DNA from: an uncultured Planctomycetota bacterium
Lineage (GTDB): Bacteria; Planctomycetota; PLA2; JAEUHO01
Direction: 5' to 3'
Assembly: GCA_963752285.1 (NCBI GenBank)
Contig: CAVVXN010000005.1
Location: 800,001-864,000 of the forward strand
DNA length: 64,000 nucleotides
This document shows, one piece after another, positions 1 through 10,073 of this stretch. Each line of letters opens with the position of its first letter. Positions within the stretch are counted from its first letter, which is position 1. A model generated the notes under the pieces. The model was not told where the DNA came from. It worked only from the letters and a program-made list of their open reading frames with translations, and did not search any database. The position numbers and the translations under genes were made by a program.

Positions 1-157
1 TCCCTACTTCGTCCCAAAGCCGCGCCCAATGTAGGTCTCGGTAGGGGTGGGTACAACGGTCCGGGGCGGGTGGGCACACCGTCCCTGAACGGGCTCCCCC
101 CTTGGTACCCTCGCCCGGTCGCGTCCCGGGGGCGCGTCGCGGGAGGGCGCCGGGCGC

Positions 158-1321
158 ATGTCGAGGACGACGACCGAGAGGTGCTCGTCGTTCGGACGAT
201 CCGCGACCGCCCGACCGTCGGGCCGGGACGCGCGAACGCTCGCCCTGGCGGGGTTGCTCGGCGGCATCCTGGTGGCCCTGCCGGCGTGCTCGAGCAGCTA
301 CAAGAAGCTCCACGAGGGCGGCTCGGCCACCGAGGTCTTCTTCTACGACATCCTCGGCCAGGACCGAAGTCCCTCTCACTACTACCAGCTGATCCGCGAC
401 AGCCACCGCGAGAAGGACTTCTGCTACGAGTGCACGGCCAGCGACCCGTACCTGGTGGACAAGAACATCGACGCGATCGAGCGGCTCGGCCACGCGCAGT
501 TCGGTCGCCTGGAGGGCATGGGCGAGGTCGTCGAGCTGATGAGCGAGGTGATCGTCGAGGACCGCGCGGCGCTCGCGCGGAGCCAGGCGGCGACCACGCT
601 CACGCTGATCGCGGTGAAGCTGCCGACCGTGGCCTCGCGGGGCGTCCCCGACGACGGTCGCCGGCTGCTCCAGCTGATGAAGGACGTGGACGCGTGGTAC
701 GCCGCGGGCGCCCGCGGCGCCCGGGCGCCGAAGTCGTACGTGGTCGACAAGATCCGCGCGATCGGCGACCTCGAGTTCAAGGCGATCGACTTCCGCTTCT
801 ATCGCGAGTCCGTACGGTTCTTCTACGGACGTCCGTTCCTCGTGGACGAGCGAGACCCCGAGATCCGGGGCGCGATCGACCCTGCGCTCACGCGGCGGAT
901 CGCGAAGCTCGCGCGTGTCTCGCTGCAAGCCGCCGTGGACGACCCGTCGCCGCAGGTCCGTCAGGACGCGATCCGCGGGCTGAAGACGCTCGGCGACGCG
1001 ACCGCGATCCCCGTGGTCACGGAGCGCCTCGGGTTCGAGACCGACTGGCGCGTGCGCATGGAGGCGCTCGAGTACCTCGGCCGCGTCGGCACGCGGCCCG
1101 CGGTCCAGGCGCTGGTCCCGCGCCTGGAGGACCCCGACGCGAACGTCCGGCACAAGGCGCGGGAGTCGCTGATGCGGATCGCTGGCGCGGACTTCGGCGC
1201 CCGTCGCGACGCCTGGGAGTTCTGGGCCCGGCAGAGGGACCCGACGATCACGTTCCCGGGCCCGCAGCCCGACGCCGACGCGTCGGGCGTCGGGGCCGGC
1301 GCACCCGTCGCCGGTCCGTAG
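158..1321 (+). CDS. HEAT-repeat lipoprotein
   Basis: Hydrophobic stretch ending in lipobox LPAC; C-terminal HEAT/PBS-like repeats (DDPSPQVRQDAIRGL, DWRVRMEALEYL, EDPDANVRHKARESL). Confidence 0.75.
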   Translation: MSRTTTERCSSFGRSATARPSGRDARTLALAGLLGGILVALPACSSSYKKLHEGGSATEVFFYDILGQDRSPSHYYQLIRDSHREKDFCYECTASDPYLVDKNIDAIERLGHAQFGRLEGMGEVVELMSEVIVEDRAALARSQAATTLTLIAVKLPTVASRGVPDDGRRLLQLMKDVDAWYAAGARGARAPKSYVVDKIRAIGDLEFKAIDFRFYRESVRFFYGRPFLVDERDPEIRGAIDPALTRRIAKLARVSLQAAVDDPSPQVRQDAIRGLKTLGDATAIPVVTERLGFETDWRVRMEALEYLGRVGTRPAVQALVPRLEDPDANVRHKARESLMRIAGADFGARRDAWEFWARQRDPTITFPGPQPDADASGVGAGAPVAGP

Positions 1322-1337
1322 GGACCGAGGCGCGGTC

Positions 1338-2582
1338 GTGGGCGCGGCAGGGGGCGGACGGCCGAGGTGGATCCTTCGCGGGCTCGGGCTCGCCCTCGTG
1401 GTCGGCGTGCTCGTCACGCAGGTCCACGTCCACGACCGCCTGGAGGCGAAGCCGGCGGGCGGGGAGGGACCGAGCCACACGTACGTCGGCCGCGTGACCG
1501 AGACGGCGGACGGCTGGGACGTGGCCGACGCGGACACGGGCGCCGTCCGGCACGTGACCCGGGACGAGGTGGTCTCGAGGGGGCACGGCGAGACCCGCGT
1601 GCCCGCGGTCACGTGGGGGATGGCGTCGCTCGGCTCACGTCTCGGCGCGCGGCCCCTCGTCGCGCTCGAGGTGCTGCTGCTGCTCTTCGTGACGTACCTC
1701 GTGACGGCGTGGCGGTGGCGCGAGCTCCTGGGGGCCGTGGACGTGGCACTCGGGCTCGGCGAGGCGGTGCGGCTGAACCTCGTCGGCGCGTTCTTCAACA
1801 TGGCCGTTCCGGGATCGACGGGCGGCGACGTCGTGAAGGCCTGGTACGCCGCGCGGGCGACGCGGCGCGGCGTGCGCGCGGTGCTCTCCGTGTTCGCGGA
1901 CCGGATCGTCGGGCTGCTCGGCCTCGCGCTCTTCGCCGCGGGCGCGCTCGTCGTCCTGGCCGGATCGCCCGGGCTCGAGGCGGCGCGCACGATCACCCTG
2001 GTGGCGCTCGTGATGCTCGGCGCGGGCTCGTGGGTCGTGCTGTCGCCGCGGCTCCGCCGGTGGCTCGGCCTCGGGCGGCTCGCCAGCCGGCTCCCGTTTC
2101 ACACCGTCCTGAGCGAGGTGGCCGCGGCCCTACGCCTCTACCGCGAACGTCCTCGCGCGCTCCTGCTCGCGCTCCTCGTGTCGATGGGGAACCACGCGCT
2201 CGCGAGCGTCGCCGTCTACCTCCTCGCCGGCGGCCTCGGGATCCAGGGCTTGACGTTCGGGCGGGCGCTGGCCCTCGTGCCGGTCGCGAACCTCTTCGGC
2301 GCGATCCCGCTGCTCCCGGGCGGCTGGGGCGTCGGCGAGGCCGCGTTCGCCTACCTCTTCTCGCGCGTGGGGATCCCCCCGACGGAGGCCGTCACGCTCT
2401 CGGTCGTGTACCGGCTCGGCATGCTCGTGACGAGCCTCCCCGGCGGGGCGCTCTGGCTCCTCTGGCGGGGCCGTCCCTCGCGGGACGAGGTCGTCCGGAC
2501 CGTGGACGCCGCCGGGCACGTCGTCGAGGCCCTGGAGGCGGAGGCGGAGCGCGCGGAGGAGGGGGAGCCCGAGCCCTCGTAG
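1338..2582 (+). CDS. Lysylphosphatidylglycerol synthase TM / flippase-like (UPF0104) membrane protein
   Basis: Motifs AWRW, FFNMAVPGSTGGDVVKAWY, SVFADRIVGL and PLLPGGWGVGE; multiple TM helices; start uncertain. Confidence 0.8.
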   Translation: MGAAGGGRPRWILRGLGLALVVGVLVTQVHVHDRLEAKPAGGEGPSHTYVGRVTETADGWDVADADTGAVRHVTRDEVVSRGHGETRVPAVTWGMASLGSRLGARPLVALEVLLLLFVTYLVTAWRWRELLGAVDVALGLGEAVRLNLVGAFFNMAVPGSTGGDVVKAWYAARATRRGVRAVLSVFADRIVGLLGLALFAAGALVVLAGSPGLEAARTITLVALVMLGAGSWVVLSPRLRRWLGLGRLASRLPFHTVLSEVAAALRLYRERPRALLLALLVSMGNHALASVAVYLLAGGLGIQGLTFGRALALVPVANLFGAIPLLPGGWGVGEAAFAYLFSRVGIPPTEAVTLSVVYRLGMLVTSLPGGALWLLWRGRPSRDEVVRTVDAAGHVVEALEAEAERAEEGEPEPS

Positions 2583-2689
2583 CCGGGTGACGTCCCCCGA
2601 ACTGCGCCGGAGCGACGCCCCCGCTCCGGGACGCGGGCGTGGGCCGCGCGGCCCCCGCTGGTGGGGGACCCCGGGTGGATGATCGGGCC

Positions 2690-3277
2690 GTGGGTGCGAT
2701 CCTCAGGACCTTCGTGGCGATCCCGTGCGGGGCGGACGTGTCGCGCCGGCTCCGCCGCGAGGCGGAGCGCTTCGCGGAGCTCGACCGCGCGTTCCGCGCG
2801 CCCTCGGCGCCGGGGTTCCACCTGACCGTCCAGTTCATCGGCGACACGGACGAGGACGAGGTCCCGGGCGTCTCGGCCGCGATCGAGGAGGTCGCCCGGT
2901 CCGCGCGGCCGGTCGAGGTCGCGTACGTGGGCCTCGGGGCCTTCCCGAACCCGGGGCGGGCGCGCGTCGTGTGGGCCGCGGTCCGGGAGGTCGGAGAGAC
3001 GGGCGTGCTCGAGGCGATCGCGCGGGACCTGGGACGTGTCCTGGCACGGCTGGGCCACCCGCCCGAGACGCGCGACTGGCGGGCGCACGTGACGCTCGGG
3101 CGGCTCCGCGGGCGCCCCGGCCCGGCGCTCGTCGAGGCGGTCGGCGCCGCGGCCTCGCTCGACCTGGGCCGCGAGAGGGTGTCGGACCTCGCATTTATCG
3201 TTTCCGAGCCGGCGGCCGGCGGGTATCGTTACAGAAACCTAACAGTGACTCGTCTCGGGGGCGCGGCTCCGTTGTGA
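2690..3277 (+). CDS. thpR: RNA 2',3'-cyclic phosphodiesterase (2H family)
   Basis: RTFVAI N-terminus, two HxT motifs (FHLTVQF, AHVTLGR), GAFP; usual position upstream of recA. Confidence 0.88.
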   Translation: MGAILRTFVAIPCGADVSRRLRREAERFAELDRAFRAPSAPGFHLTVQFIGDTDEDEVPGVSAAIEEVARSARPVEVAYVGLGAFPNPGRARVVWAAVREVGETGVLEAIARDLGRVLARLGHPPETRDWRAHVTLGRLRGRPGPALVEAVGAAASLDLGRERVSDLAFIVSEPAAGGYRYRNLTVTRLGGAAPL

Positions 3278-3438
3278 TCCCGGGACGTGTGACCGGCCGT
3301 GGCCCTCGCGCGGTCTCGGAGAACGGTCTCCGGGGGCGCGGCCGAGGAACGGGTCGAAGGACGCCGGACGCGGACGGGAGAAGCCGACATCGAGACACCG
3401 CCCGCCCGCGGGGGCGAAGCCTCGGAGAGGAACGCACG

Positions 3439-4632
3439 ATGGTGATGCAGTCGAAGGGACAGGCGAAGGACGCGGGGACGGACACGAAGGAGGACCGCGC
3501 GAAGCGGCAGGCGCTCGGCGCCGCGCTGGGCCAGATCGAGAAGACGTTCGGCAAGGGGGCCATCATGACCCTCGGCAACGCCGAGCCGCCGCGTGTCGCG
3601 GGCATCTCGACCGGGAGCGTGTCACTCGACCTCGCGCTCGGCGGCGTGGGGCTCCCGCGCGGTCGCATCACCGAGGTCTACGGCCCCGAGTCGTCCGGCA
3701 AGACGACGCTGTGCTGCCACGTGATCGCGAACGCGCAGAACGCCGGCGGCGTCGCGGCGTTCATCGACGCGGAGCACGCGTTCGACGCGGTCTACGCGAA
3801 GAGCCTCGGCGTGAACCTGGACGACCTGCTCGTCGCGCAGCCCGACACCGGCGAGCAGGCGCTCGAGATCGCCGAGACCCTGATCCGCAGCAACGCGATC
3901 GACGTCGTGGTGATCGACTCCGTCGCGGCGCTCGTCCCGAAGGCCGAGATCCAGGGCGAGATGGGGGACTCTCACGTCGGTCTCCACGCCCGGCTGATGA
4001 GCCAGGCCCTGCGCAAGCTCTCGGGCGCGATCCGCACGTCGAACGCCGTGATGATCTTCACGAACCAGATCCGGATGAAGATCGGGGTGATGTTCGGGAA
4101 CCCCGAGACGACCACGGGCGGGAACGCGCTGAAGTTCTACGCGTCGGTGCGACTCGACATGCGCCGGATCGGCTCGATCAAGGGCGCGGCGGACGTCGTG
4201 CTCGGCAACCGGACGCGGGCGAAGGTCGTGAAGAACAAGATCGCGCCTCCGTTCCGCACGGCGGAGTTCGACGTGCTCTTCGGGAAGGGCATCTCGTACG
4301 TCGGCGACCTGCTGGACCTCGCCGCGAGCTCGGGCGTGGTGGAGAAGAGCGGCGCGTGGTACTCGATGGGCGAGACGCGCCTCGGCCAGGGGCGCGAGAA
4401 GACGGTCGAGTTCCTGGAGGCGAACGCGGACCTGCTCGCGCGCGTGGACCAGGAGACGCGCCGCGCGGTCGGGATCCTGCCGGTGGGCGTGGCCTCGGCC
4501 TCGGGCGACGACGCGGCCCCCGCAGTCGAGGCGCCGCCGGCGGCGGACACGCCGGTCGCCGCGTCCCAGAAGAACGGCGACGAGGAGAAGAGTCGCGGCG
4601 GCGGACGGCGCGCGGCGACGACGCGCAGGTAG
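3439..4632 (+). CDS. recA: Recombinase RecA
   Basis: GPESSGKTT Walker [48 protein letters not shown] before ATG 3439. Confidence 0.99.
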   Translation: MVMQSKGQAKDAGTDTKEDRAKRQALGAALGQIEKTFGKGAIMTLGNAEPPRVAGISTGSVSLDLALGGVGLPRGRITEVYGPESSGKTTLCCHVIANAQNAGGVAAFIDAEHAFDAVYAKSLGVNLDDLLVAQPDTGEQALEIAETLIRSNAIDVVVIDSVAALVPKAEIQGEMGDSHVGLHARLMSQALRKLSGAIRTSNAVMIFTNQIRMKIGVMFGNPETTTGGNALKFYASVRLDMRRIGSIKGAADVVLGNRTRAKVVKNKIAPPFRTAEFDVLFGKGISYVGDLLDLAASSGVVEKSGAWYSMGETRLGQGREKTVEFLEANADLLARVDQETRRAVGILPVGVASASGDDAAPAVEAPPAADTPVAASQKNGDEEKSRGGGRRAATTRR

Positions 4633-4753
4633 GTCCTCCGCGGCGGTACGCACGGGCGGCCCGCGCCGCGCGCGCGGCTCCGGGACGGGTGCGTCGCGTG
4701 CGCCCGCGGGGCGCGCGCACGTGCTACCGTGCCCGGTTCCAAGGAGCCCGCCC

Positions 4754-7474
4754 GTGTCCACGCCGACGTCCGACCAGCTCCGTGCCCTCTGGCTCCGCTT
4801 CTTCGCGGACCGCGGACACGCCCTGCCCCCGGCCGCGCCGCTGGTGCCCGAGAACGACCCGACGCTCCTCTTCACCGGCGCCGGGATGAACCAGTTCAAG
4901 GAGTACTTCCTCGGCCGGGTCGCGCCCCCGTACCGACGGGCGGCCACCGTCCAGCCGTGCTTCCGGCAGGGCGACCTCGAGAACGTCGGAAGGACGCCGC
5001 GGCACCTCACGTTCTTCGAGATGCTCGGCCACTTCTCGTTCGGGGACTACTTCAAGAAGGAGGCGGTGGCCTGGGCGTGGGAGCTCCTCACGAAGGAGCT
5101 GGGCGTCCCCGGCGACCGGCTCTTGATCTCGATCTACGAGGACGACGACGAGGCCTTCGAGGCCTGGCGGGCCGTCGGCGTGGGGCGGGACCGGATCGCG
5201 CGCTTCGACGCGAAGGAGAACTTCTGGCCCGCGAACGCGCCGGCCGAGGGGCCCGACGGCGTTTGCGGGCCGTGTTCGGAGGTCTTCTTCGACTACGGCG
5301 AGGGCCGCGCGAAGGGCGACGGCGGACCGAAGGCGTACGACTCGGGGCGCTACATCGAGATCTGGAACAGCGTCTTCACGCAGTTCGACCGTCGGGGGAA
5401 GGACCAGCTCGTGCCGCTCCCGCAGAAGAACATCGACTGCGGCGTCGGCTTCGACCGCCTGCTCTCGGTGCTCGAGGGGCAGGTCTCCCCCTTCGGCACG
5501 TCGCTGTTCCGTCCTCTCCTCTCAGCCCTCTCGGAGATCGCGGGGCGGGCGTACGCGTTCCCCTCGAACGGCGACCTCCCCGCCGGCGAGGACGCGCGGC
5601 GCATGCGTCGCATCGCCGAGCACGCGCGCGCGTCGTGCTTCCTCGTCGCGGCGGGGGTACGGCCGGCGAACGAGGGGCGGGGCTACGTGCTGCGCCGCGT
5701 GCTCCGGCTCGCGATCCGGGACGGCATCCAGATCGGCATCGAGGAGCCCTTCCTCGCGAGGCTCGTCCCGTCCGTCGTCAGCGTGATGGGCGGGGCCTAC
5801 CCGACCCTCGCCGAGGGCGAGGACGTGATCCGCGCGGTGGTGTCCGGCGAGGAGGAACGGTTCCGCGCGACGTACGAGCAGGGCATGCGTTTCCTGGAGG
5901 AGGCGGTCGCCCCGCTCGGGAAGGGCTCCGTGCTCGACGGCGCCGCGGCGTTCCGGCTTCACGACACGTACGGGTTCCCGGTGGACCTCGCGGAGCGCAT
6001 CCTCGAGGAGCGCGGGATCGGCGTGGACCTGGCGGGCTTCGACCGTGAGATGGCGCTCCAACGCGAGCGCGCGCGCAAGGGGAGCAAGATCCAGGACTCC
6101 ATCTTCGTCGAGGGGCCGCTCCAGGATTTGAAGGCGAAGGGTGTTCGCCCGACGGCGTTCTGCGGGTACGACCGCCCCGGAGAGGGGGTGGACCCGGCCG
6201 CGGCGCGCGGCGTGTACGGCGAGGGGAAGGTCGTCGGGCTGATCGCGGACGGCCGGCTCGTGTCCGAGGCGCGGGAGGGCGAGCGCGTGTCGGTCGTGCT
6301 CGACGAGACGCCCTTCTACGCGGAGTCGGGCGGCCAGGTCGGCGACCGAGGTCGTCTCGAGACGGCCGAGGGTGGGCTCGTGGACGTCGACGACACGATC
6401 GGCATGGAGGGGTTCGTGCTCCACGAGGGCCGCGTCCGCGCCGGCGTCGTCCGCGTCGGTGCGACGGCGAAGGCGGGGGTCGAGGAGTCGCTCCGGGACG
6501 CGACGCGCCGGAACCACACCGCGACGCACCTCCTCCATGCGGCGCTCAAGCGTGTGCTCGGCGAGCACGTCCGTCAGGAGGGCTCGCTCGTCGCGCCCGA
6601 CCGGCTCCGGTTCGACTTCCGGCACCCGAAGGCGATGACTTCCGACGAGGTGCACACCGTCGAGGCGATCGTGAACGAGTGGATCCTCGCGAACGACGCG
6701 CTCGAGACCCAGGTGCTGCCCCTCGCCGAGGCGAAGGCGTCGGGCGCCGTATCGCTCTTCGGCGAGAAGTACGGGGACGTCGTCCGCGTCGTGGGGGTCG
6801 CGAGCGGCTCGCGAGAGCTCTGCGGCGGGACGCACGTCCGTCGGACCGGCGACATCGGCTCCTTCCGCATCGTCGTAGAGACGAGCATCGCCGCCGGTGT
6901 CCGCCGCATCGAGGCGGTGACCGGGCAGGGCGCGGTGGACCAGGCCGCGCGGGACCGCGAGGTGGTTCGGGACCTGTCCCAGCTCCTCAAGTCCGGCAGC
7001 GCCGACGAGATCCGGACGCGCGTCGAGGCGCTCGTGGAGGAGGTCAAGTCGCTCAGGAAGGCCGCCGAGAAGGCGCGGCGCGACGCGGGGCTCGAGGCCG
7101 TCTCCCGGCTCGCGACCGAGGCGGAGGACGCCGGCGGGCTCCGCCTCCAGGCCGCGTCGCTCCCCGGGGTGGACGCGAAGTCGCTCCGCGCGGTCTGGGA
7201 CGAGGCCCAAAAGCAGGGCGTGGACGTCCTCCTCGCCGTCGGGGAGGCCGACGGCAAGGCGCCGCTCCTGGTCGGGGTCGGGCCGCGCGGGCGCGAGCGC
7301 GGGCTCGACGCGCGGGAGCTCCTCGCCGAGGCGACCGGCCGGCTGGGCGGGGGGGGCGGGGGGCGACCCGACCTCGCACAGGGACAGGGCCGGGACCGCG
7401 CACGGATCGACGAGGCGCTCGGGGGCTTCCGCGAGGCCGTCCGTCGGGCCGGCGCCGCCGCGTCCGACTCGTAG
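4754..7474 (+). CDS. alaS: Alanine--tRNA ligase
   Basis: DPTLLFTGAGMNQFK, HLTFFEMLG, TPFYAESGGQVGD, editing motifs HTATHLLH and ELCGGTH, C-terminal GGGGGRPDLAQG; AAGGAG RBS at 4741. Confidence 0.98.
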   Translation: MSTPTSDQLRALWLRFFADRGHALPPAAPLVPENDPTLLFTGAGMNQFKEYFLGRVAPPYRRAATVQPCFRQGDLENVGRTPRHLTFFEMLGHFSFGDYFKKEAVAWAWELLTKELGVPGDRLLISIYEDDDEAFEAWRAVGVGRDRIARFDAKENFWPANAPAEGPDGVCGPCSEVFFDYGEGRAKGDGGPKAYDSGRYIEIWNSVFTQFDRRGKDQLVPLPQKNIDCGVGFDRLLSVLEGQVSPFGTSLFRPLLSALSEIAGRAYAFPSNGDLPAGEDARRMRRIAEHARASCFLVAAGVRPANEGRGYVLRRVLRLAIRDGIQIGIEEPFLARLVPSVVSVMGGAYPTLAEGEDVIRAVVSGEEERFRATYEQGMRFLEEAVAPLGKGSVLDGAAAFRLHDTYGFPVDLAERILEERGIGVDLAGFDREMALQRERARKGSKIQDSIFVEGPLQDLKAKGVRPTAFCGYDRPGEGVDPAAARGVYGEGKVVGLIADGRLVSEAREGERVSVVLDETPFYAESGGQVGDRGRLETAEGGLVDVDDTIGMEGFVLHEGRVRAGVVRVGATAKAGVEESLRDATRRNHTATHLLHAALKRVLGEHVRQEGSLVAPDRLRFDFRHPKAMTSDEVHTVEAIVNEWILANDALETQVLPLAEAKASGAVSLFGEKYGDVVRVVGVASGSRELCGGTHVRRTGDIGSFRIVVETSIAAGVRRIEAVTGQGAVDQAARDREVVRDLSQLLKSGSADEIRTRVEALVEEVKSLRKAAEKARRDAGLEAVSRLATEAEDAGGLRLQAASLPGVDAKSLRAVWDEAQKQGVDVLLAVGEADGKAPLLVGVGPRGRERGLDARELLAEATGRLGGGGGGRPDLAQGQGRDRARIDEALGGFREAVRRAGAAASDS

Positions 7475-7747
7475 CGCCCGCGGAGGCCCGCCCGTACGAC
7501 CGGCGATGCGCGCGTCGTGTCCCAGCCGGGCGCGACGCGCGACCTCGTTCCCTCCGACGGGGCGCCCGCTACGCGCGCGGGCCGTGACGCCACCGGGAGC
7601 GGCCGAGGCCCCGCCTTCCGCTCGAAGCCGCGGAGGCGACGACCATGTCGACCCATGGCGCGGAGCCCCCGCGTCTCGGGGACCGCGCGATTCGCGCCGA
7701 CTCCCGGGTCGTCCGGTCGGGGACGGGGTAGGGAGGGCCGTGCGTTC

Positions 7748-7776
7748 TTGACCCTCCGGGGGGGGGCCAGTACGCT
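7748..7776 (+). promoter_or_regulatory. Sigma70-type promoter of the rpmF-plsX-fab operon
   Basis: TTGACC (7748-7753), 17-bp spacer, TACGCT (7771-7776), about 118 bp upstream of rpmF. Confidence 0.65.
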
Positions 7777-7893
7777 CCCGGGCTCCCCGGTGGCCGCCAC
7801 GTGAAACGCGGCGGAAGTCCAGAGCGCCCGTCCGTCCCCGTCACGAGGGGGGCCCGGGCGGGTACCAACGTCTCGGGGATCCGGAGCACGACC

Positions 7894-8073
7894 ATGGCCG
7901 TCCCCATGAAGAAGACGAGCAAGCGGCGCTCGCGGACCCGGGCGTCGCACCACGGCCTCCGGGCTCCGAGCCTGTCGCCCTGTGGCCGCTGCAACCACCC
8001 CAAGCCGCCGCACCGTGTGTGCCCGAACTGCGGGTACTACGCAGAGCGCGAGGTCGTCCAGAAGGAACAGTAG
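7894..8073 (+). CDS. rpmF: 50S ribosomal protein L32 (Zn-ribbon, C+ form)
   Basis: MAVPMKKTSKRRSRTR...CGRC...HRVCPNCGYY. Confidence 0.96.
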   Translation: MAVPMKKTSKRRSRTRASHHGLRAPSLSPCGRCNHPKPPHRVCPNCGYYAEREVVQKEQ

Positions 8074-8088
8074 TAGGCGCGGGGGGTG

Positions 8089-9108
8089 ATGTCCGTGCGG
8101 ATCGCGCTGGACGCCATGGGGGGGGATCGGGCCCCGGCCGCTCCGGTCGAGGGGGCGGTGCGCGCGCTCCGCACGTACGACGACGTGGAGGTCGTGCTCG
8201 TCGGCGCGGTCGACGCGATCGAGGTCGAGGTGGAACGGCTCGCGGTGACCCCCGAGGAGGACGGCCGGCTCTACCGCGTCCTCGCGAGCCACGTGGCCAC
8301 GATGGGCGAGGACCCCGTCCGCGCGGTCCGTACGAACCCCGGCAACTCCGCGCGCGTCTGCGCCGAGCTGCTCCGGGCCGGCGACGTCCGAGGCGTCGTG
8401 AACATGGGGTCCACCGGAGCGGCCGTCGCCGCGGCGCAGCTCTACTGCGGGCGGCTCGACGGCGTGCGCCGGCCCGGCATCGCCGTGCCCTTTCCCCGCC
8501 CCGGCGGCGTGACGCTGCTGATCGACTGCGGCGCCAACTCCGAGGGCCGCGCCGAGGACCTCCACCAGTTCGCGATCATGGCCTCTCTCTACGCGCGCGG
8601 CGCGCTCGGCATCGACCGTCCGCGCGTCGGGATCCTCTCGATCGGGGAGGAGGAGCACAAGGGGAACGAGCTCGTGCACGAGACCTGGGCGCTGTTCCGC
8701 GCGCGCGGCGTGCCCAACCTCGTCGGGAACGTGGAGCCCCGCGAGCTCTTCCAGGACCGCGCGGACGTGGTGGTGTGCGACGGCTTCTCCGGGAACCTCG
8801 TGCTGAAGGCCGTAGAGGGGATGGCGGAGTTCCTGCTCGGCTCGCTCGCCGGGGCCGTGGACGACCCCCCGGAGCGCGCACGTCTCATCGGGCACCTGGC
8901 CGGCGACGTGGACTACGCGGAGTACGGCGGCGCCCCGCTCCTCGGCATCCGGGGCGCGTACGTCATCGGGCACGGGCGGAGCGACGCGCGCGCGTTCCTG
9001 AACGGGATCCGCGTCGCGCGCGCCTTCATCTCGAACCACGTGGGCGACCAGGTGATCGAGGAGCTCCACCGGGCGGGAGCGGGCGCGGCGGGCGGGGGAG
9101 GCGCGTGA
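8089..9108 (+). CDS. plsX: Phosphate acyltransferase PlsX
   Basis: RIALDAMGGDRAP, DCGAN, IGEEEHKG, DVVVCDGFSGN, YGGAPLLG, IGHGRS. Confidence 0.96.
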   Translation: MSVRIALDAMGGDRAPAAPVEGAVRALRTYDDVEVVLVGAVDAIEVEVERLAVTPEEDGRLYRVLASHVATMGEDPVRAVRTNPGNSARVCAELLRAGDVRGVVNMGSTGAAVAAAQLYCGRLDGVRRPGIAVPFPRPGGVTLLIDCGANSEGRAEDLHQFAIMASLYARGALGIDRPRVGILSIGEEEHKGNELVHETWALFRARGVPNLVGNVEPRELFQDRADVVVCDGFSGNLVLKAVEGMAEFLLGSLAGAVDDPPERARLIGHLAGDVDYAEYGGAPLLGIRGAYVIGHGRSDARAFLNGIRVARAFISNHVGDQVIEELHRAGAGAAGGGGA

Positions 9109-10073
9109 TGGCGGACCTCGCGCTGCTCTGTCCCGGCCAGGGCGCCCAGAAGGTGGGCATGGGCGTGGACGTCGCCGACCGGTGGCCCGCGGCTCGCGCG
9201 GTCTTCGACCAGGCGTCCGAGGTCCTGGGACTCGACCTCCTCGACCTCTGTCGGAACGGGCCGGCCGAGGCTCTCGTGCGCACCGACGTGCAGCAGCCCG
9301 CGATCCTGGCCGTCGGCGCGGCGATCCACGCGGCGCTCGTAGCGGCGGACCGGGCCCCCGCGACGGGCGTCTGCGCCGGCTTCGGCCTCTCGCTCGGCGA
9401 GTTCACGGCCCTGACCCTCCTCGGCGCGCTCTCGCTCGAGGACGCGCTCTTCCTGGTGCGGGAGCGCGGTCTCGGCATGCAGGAGGCGAGCGAGGCCCGT
9501 CCCTCCGGCCTCACCGCTCTCCGCTGCGACCTGGCCACGGCGGAGGCCGTCTGCGACGCCGCCCGCGGTCGGACGGGCGGGGTGATCGGCGTCGCGAACG
9601 TGAACGCGCCGGACCAGATGGTGATCTCGGGCGACCTCCCCTCGCTCGACGCGGCCGAGGAGGAGGCGAAGGCGCGCGGCGTCCGCCGCCCCGCTCGCCT
9701 GCCCGTGGCCGGGGCCTTCCACAGCCCGCTCATGGAGCCCGGTGCGCGGCGCCTCGAGCGGGCGCTCGACCGGGTCGAGGTACGGCGGCCCGTCGCGCCG
9801 GTCGTCTGCAACGTGACGGGCCGGGAGACGTCGGACCCGGCGGCGATCCGGGAGAACCTGATCCGCCAGGTGACGAGCCCCGTCCGGTTCGTGGACTGCG
9901 TCGCGACGGCCCGGCGGCTCGGCGCCCGGGCGACGCTGGAGGTGGGCCCCGGCCGGGTCCTCTCGGGCCTCGTCCGCCGGATCGACGGGGACCTCGTGAC
10001 CCACGGCGTGGACGCGGCGGCCGACCTGGACGCGCTCGAGCTCGACCTTCCCGTGAACGGAGGCGAACGATGA
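9108..10073 (+). CDS. fabD: Malonyl-CoA:ACP transacylase
   Basis: PGQGAQ, QQPAI, GLSLGE nucleophile motif, VAGAFHSPLM, LEVGPG; overlaps plsX stop (TGATG). Confidence 0.95.
   Translation: MADLALLCPGQGAQKVGMGVDVADRWPAARAVFDQASEVLGLDLLDLCRNGPAEALVRTDVQQPAILAVGAAIHAALVAADRAPATGVCAGFGLSLGEFTALTLLGALSLEDALFLVRERGLGMQEASEARPSGLTALRCDLATAEAVCDAARGRTGGVIGVANVNAPDQMVISGDLPSLDAAEEEAKARGVRRPARLPVAGAFHSPLMEPGARRLERALDRVEVRRPVAPVVCNVTGRETSDPAAIRENLIRQVTSPVRFVDCVATARRLGARATLEVGPGRVLSGLVRRIDGDLVTHGVDAAADLDALELDLPVNGGER

Noticed and set aside
7475..7745. Possible ncRNA or small ORF between alaS and the rpmF promoter
   Set aside because: No recognisable RNA family motif, and the short ORFs lack an RBS and coding-like composition
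9380..9403. FabD GLSLGE instead of GHSLGE as a sign of inactivation
   Set aside because: The catalytic Ser is retained, the rest of the protein is intact, and this variant is common in FabD
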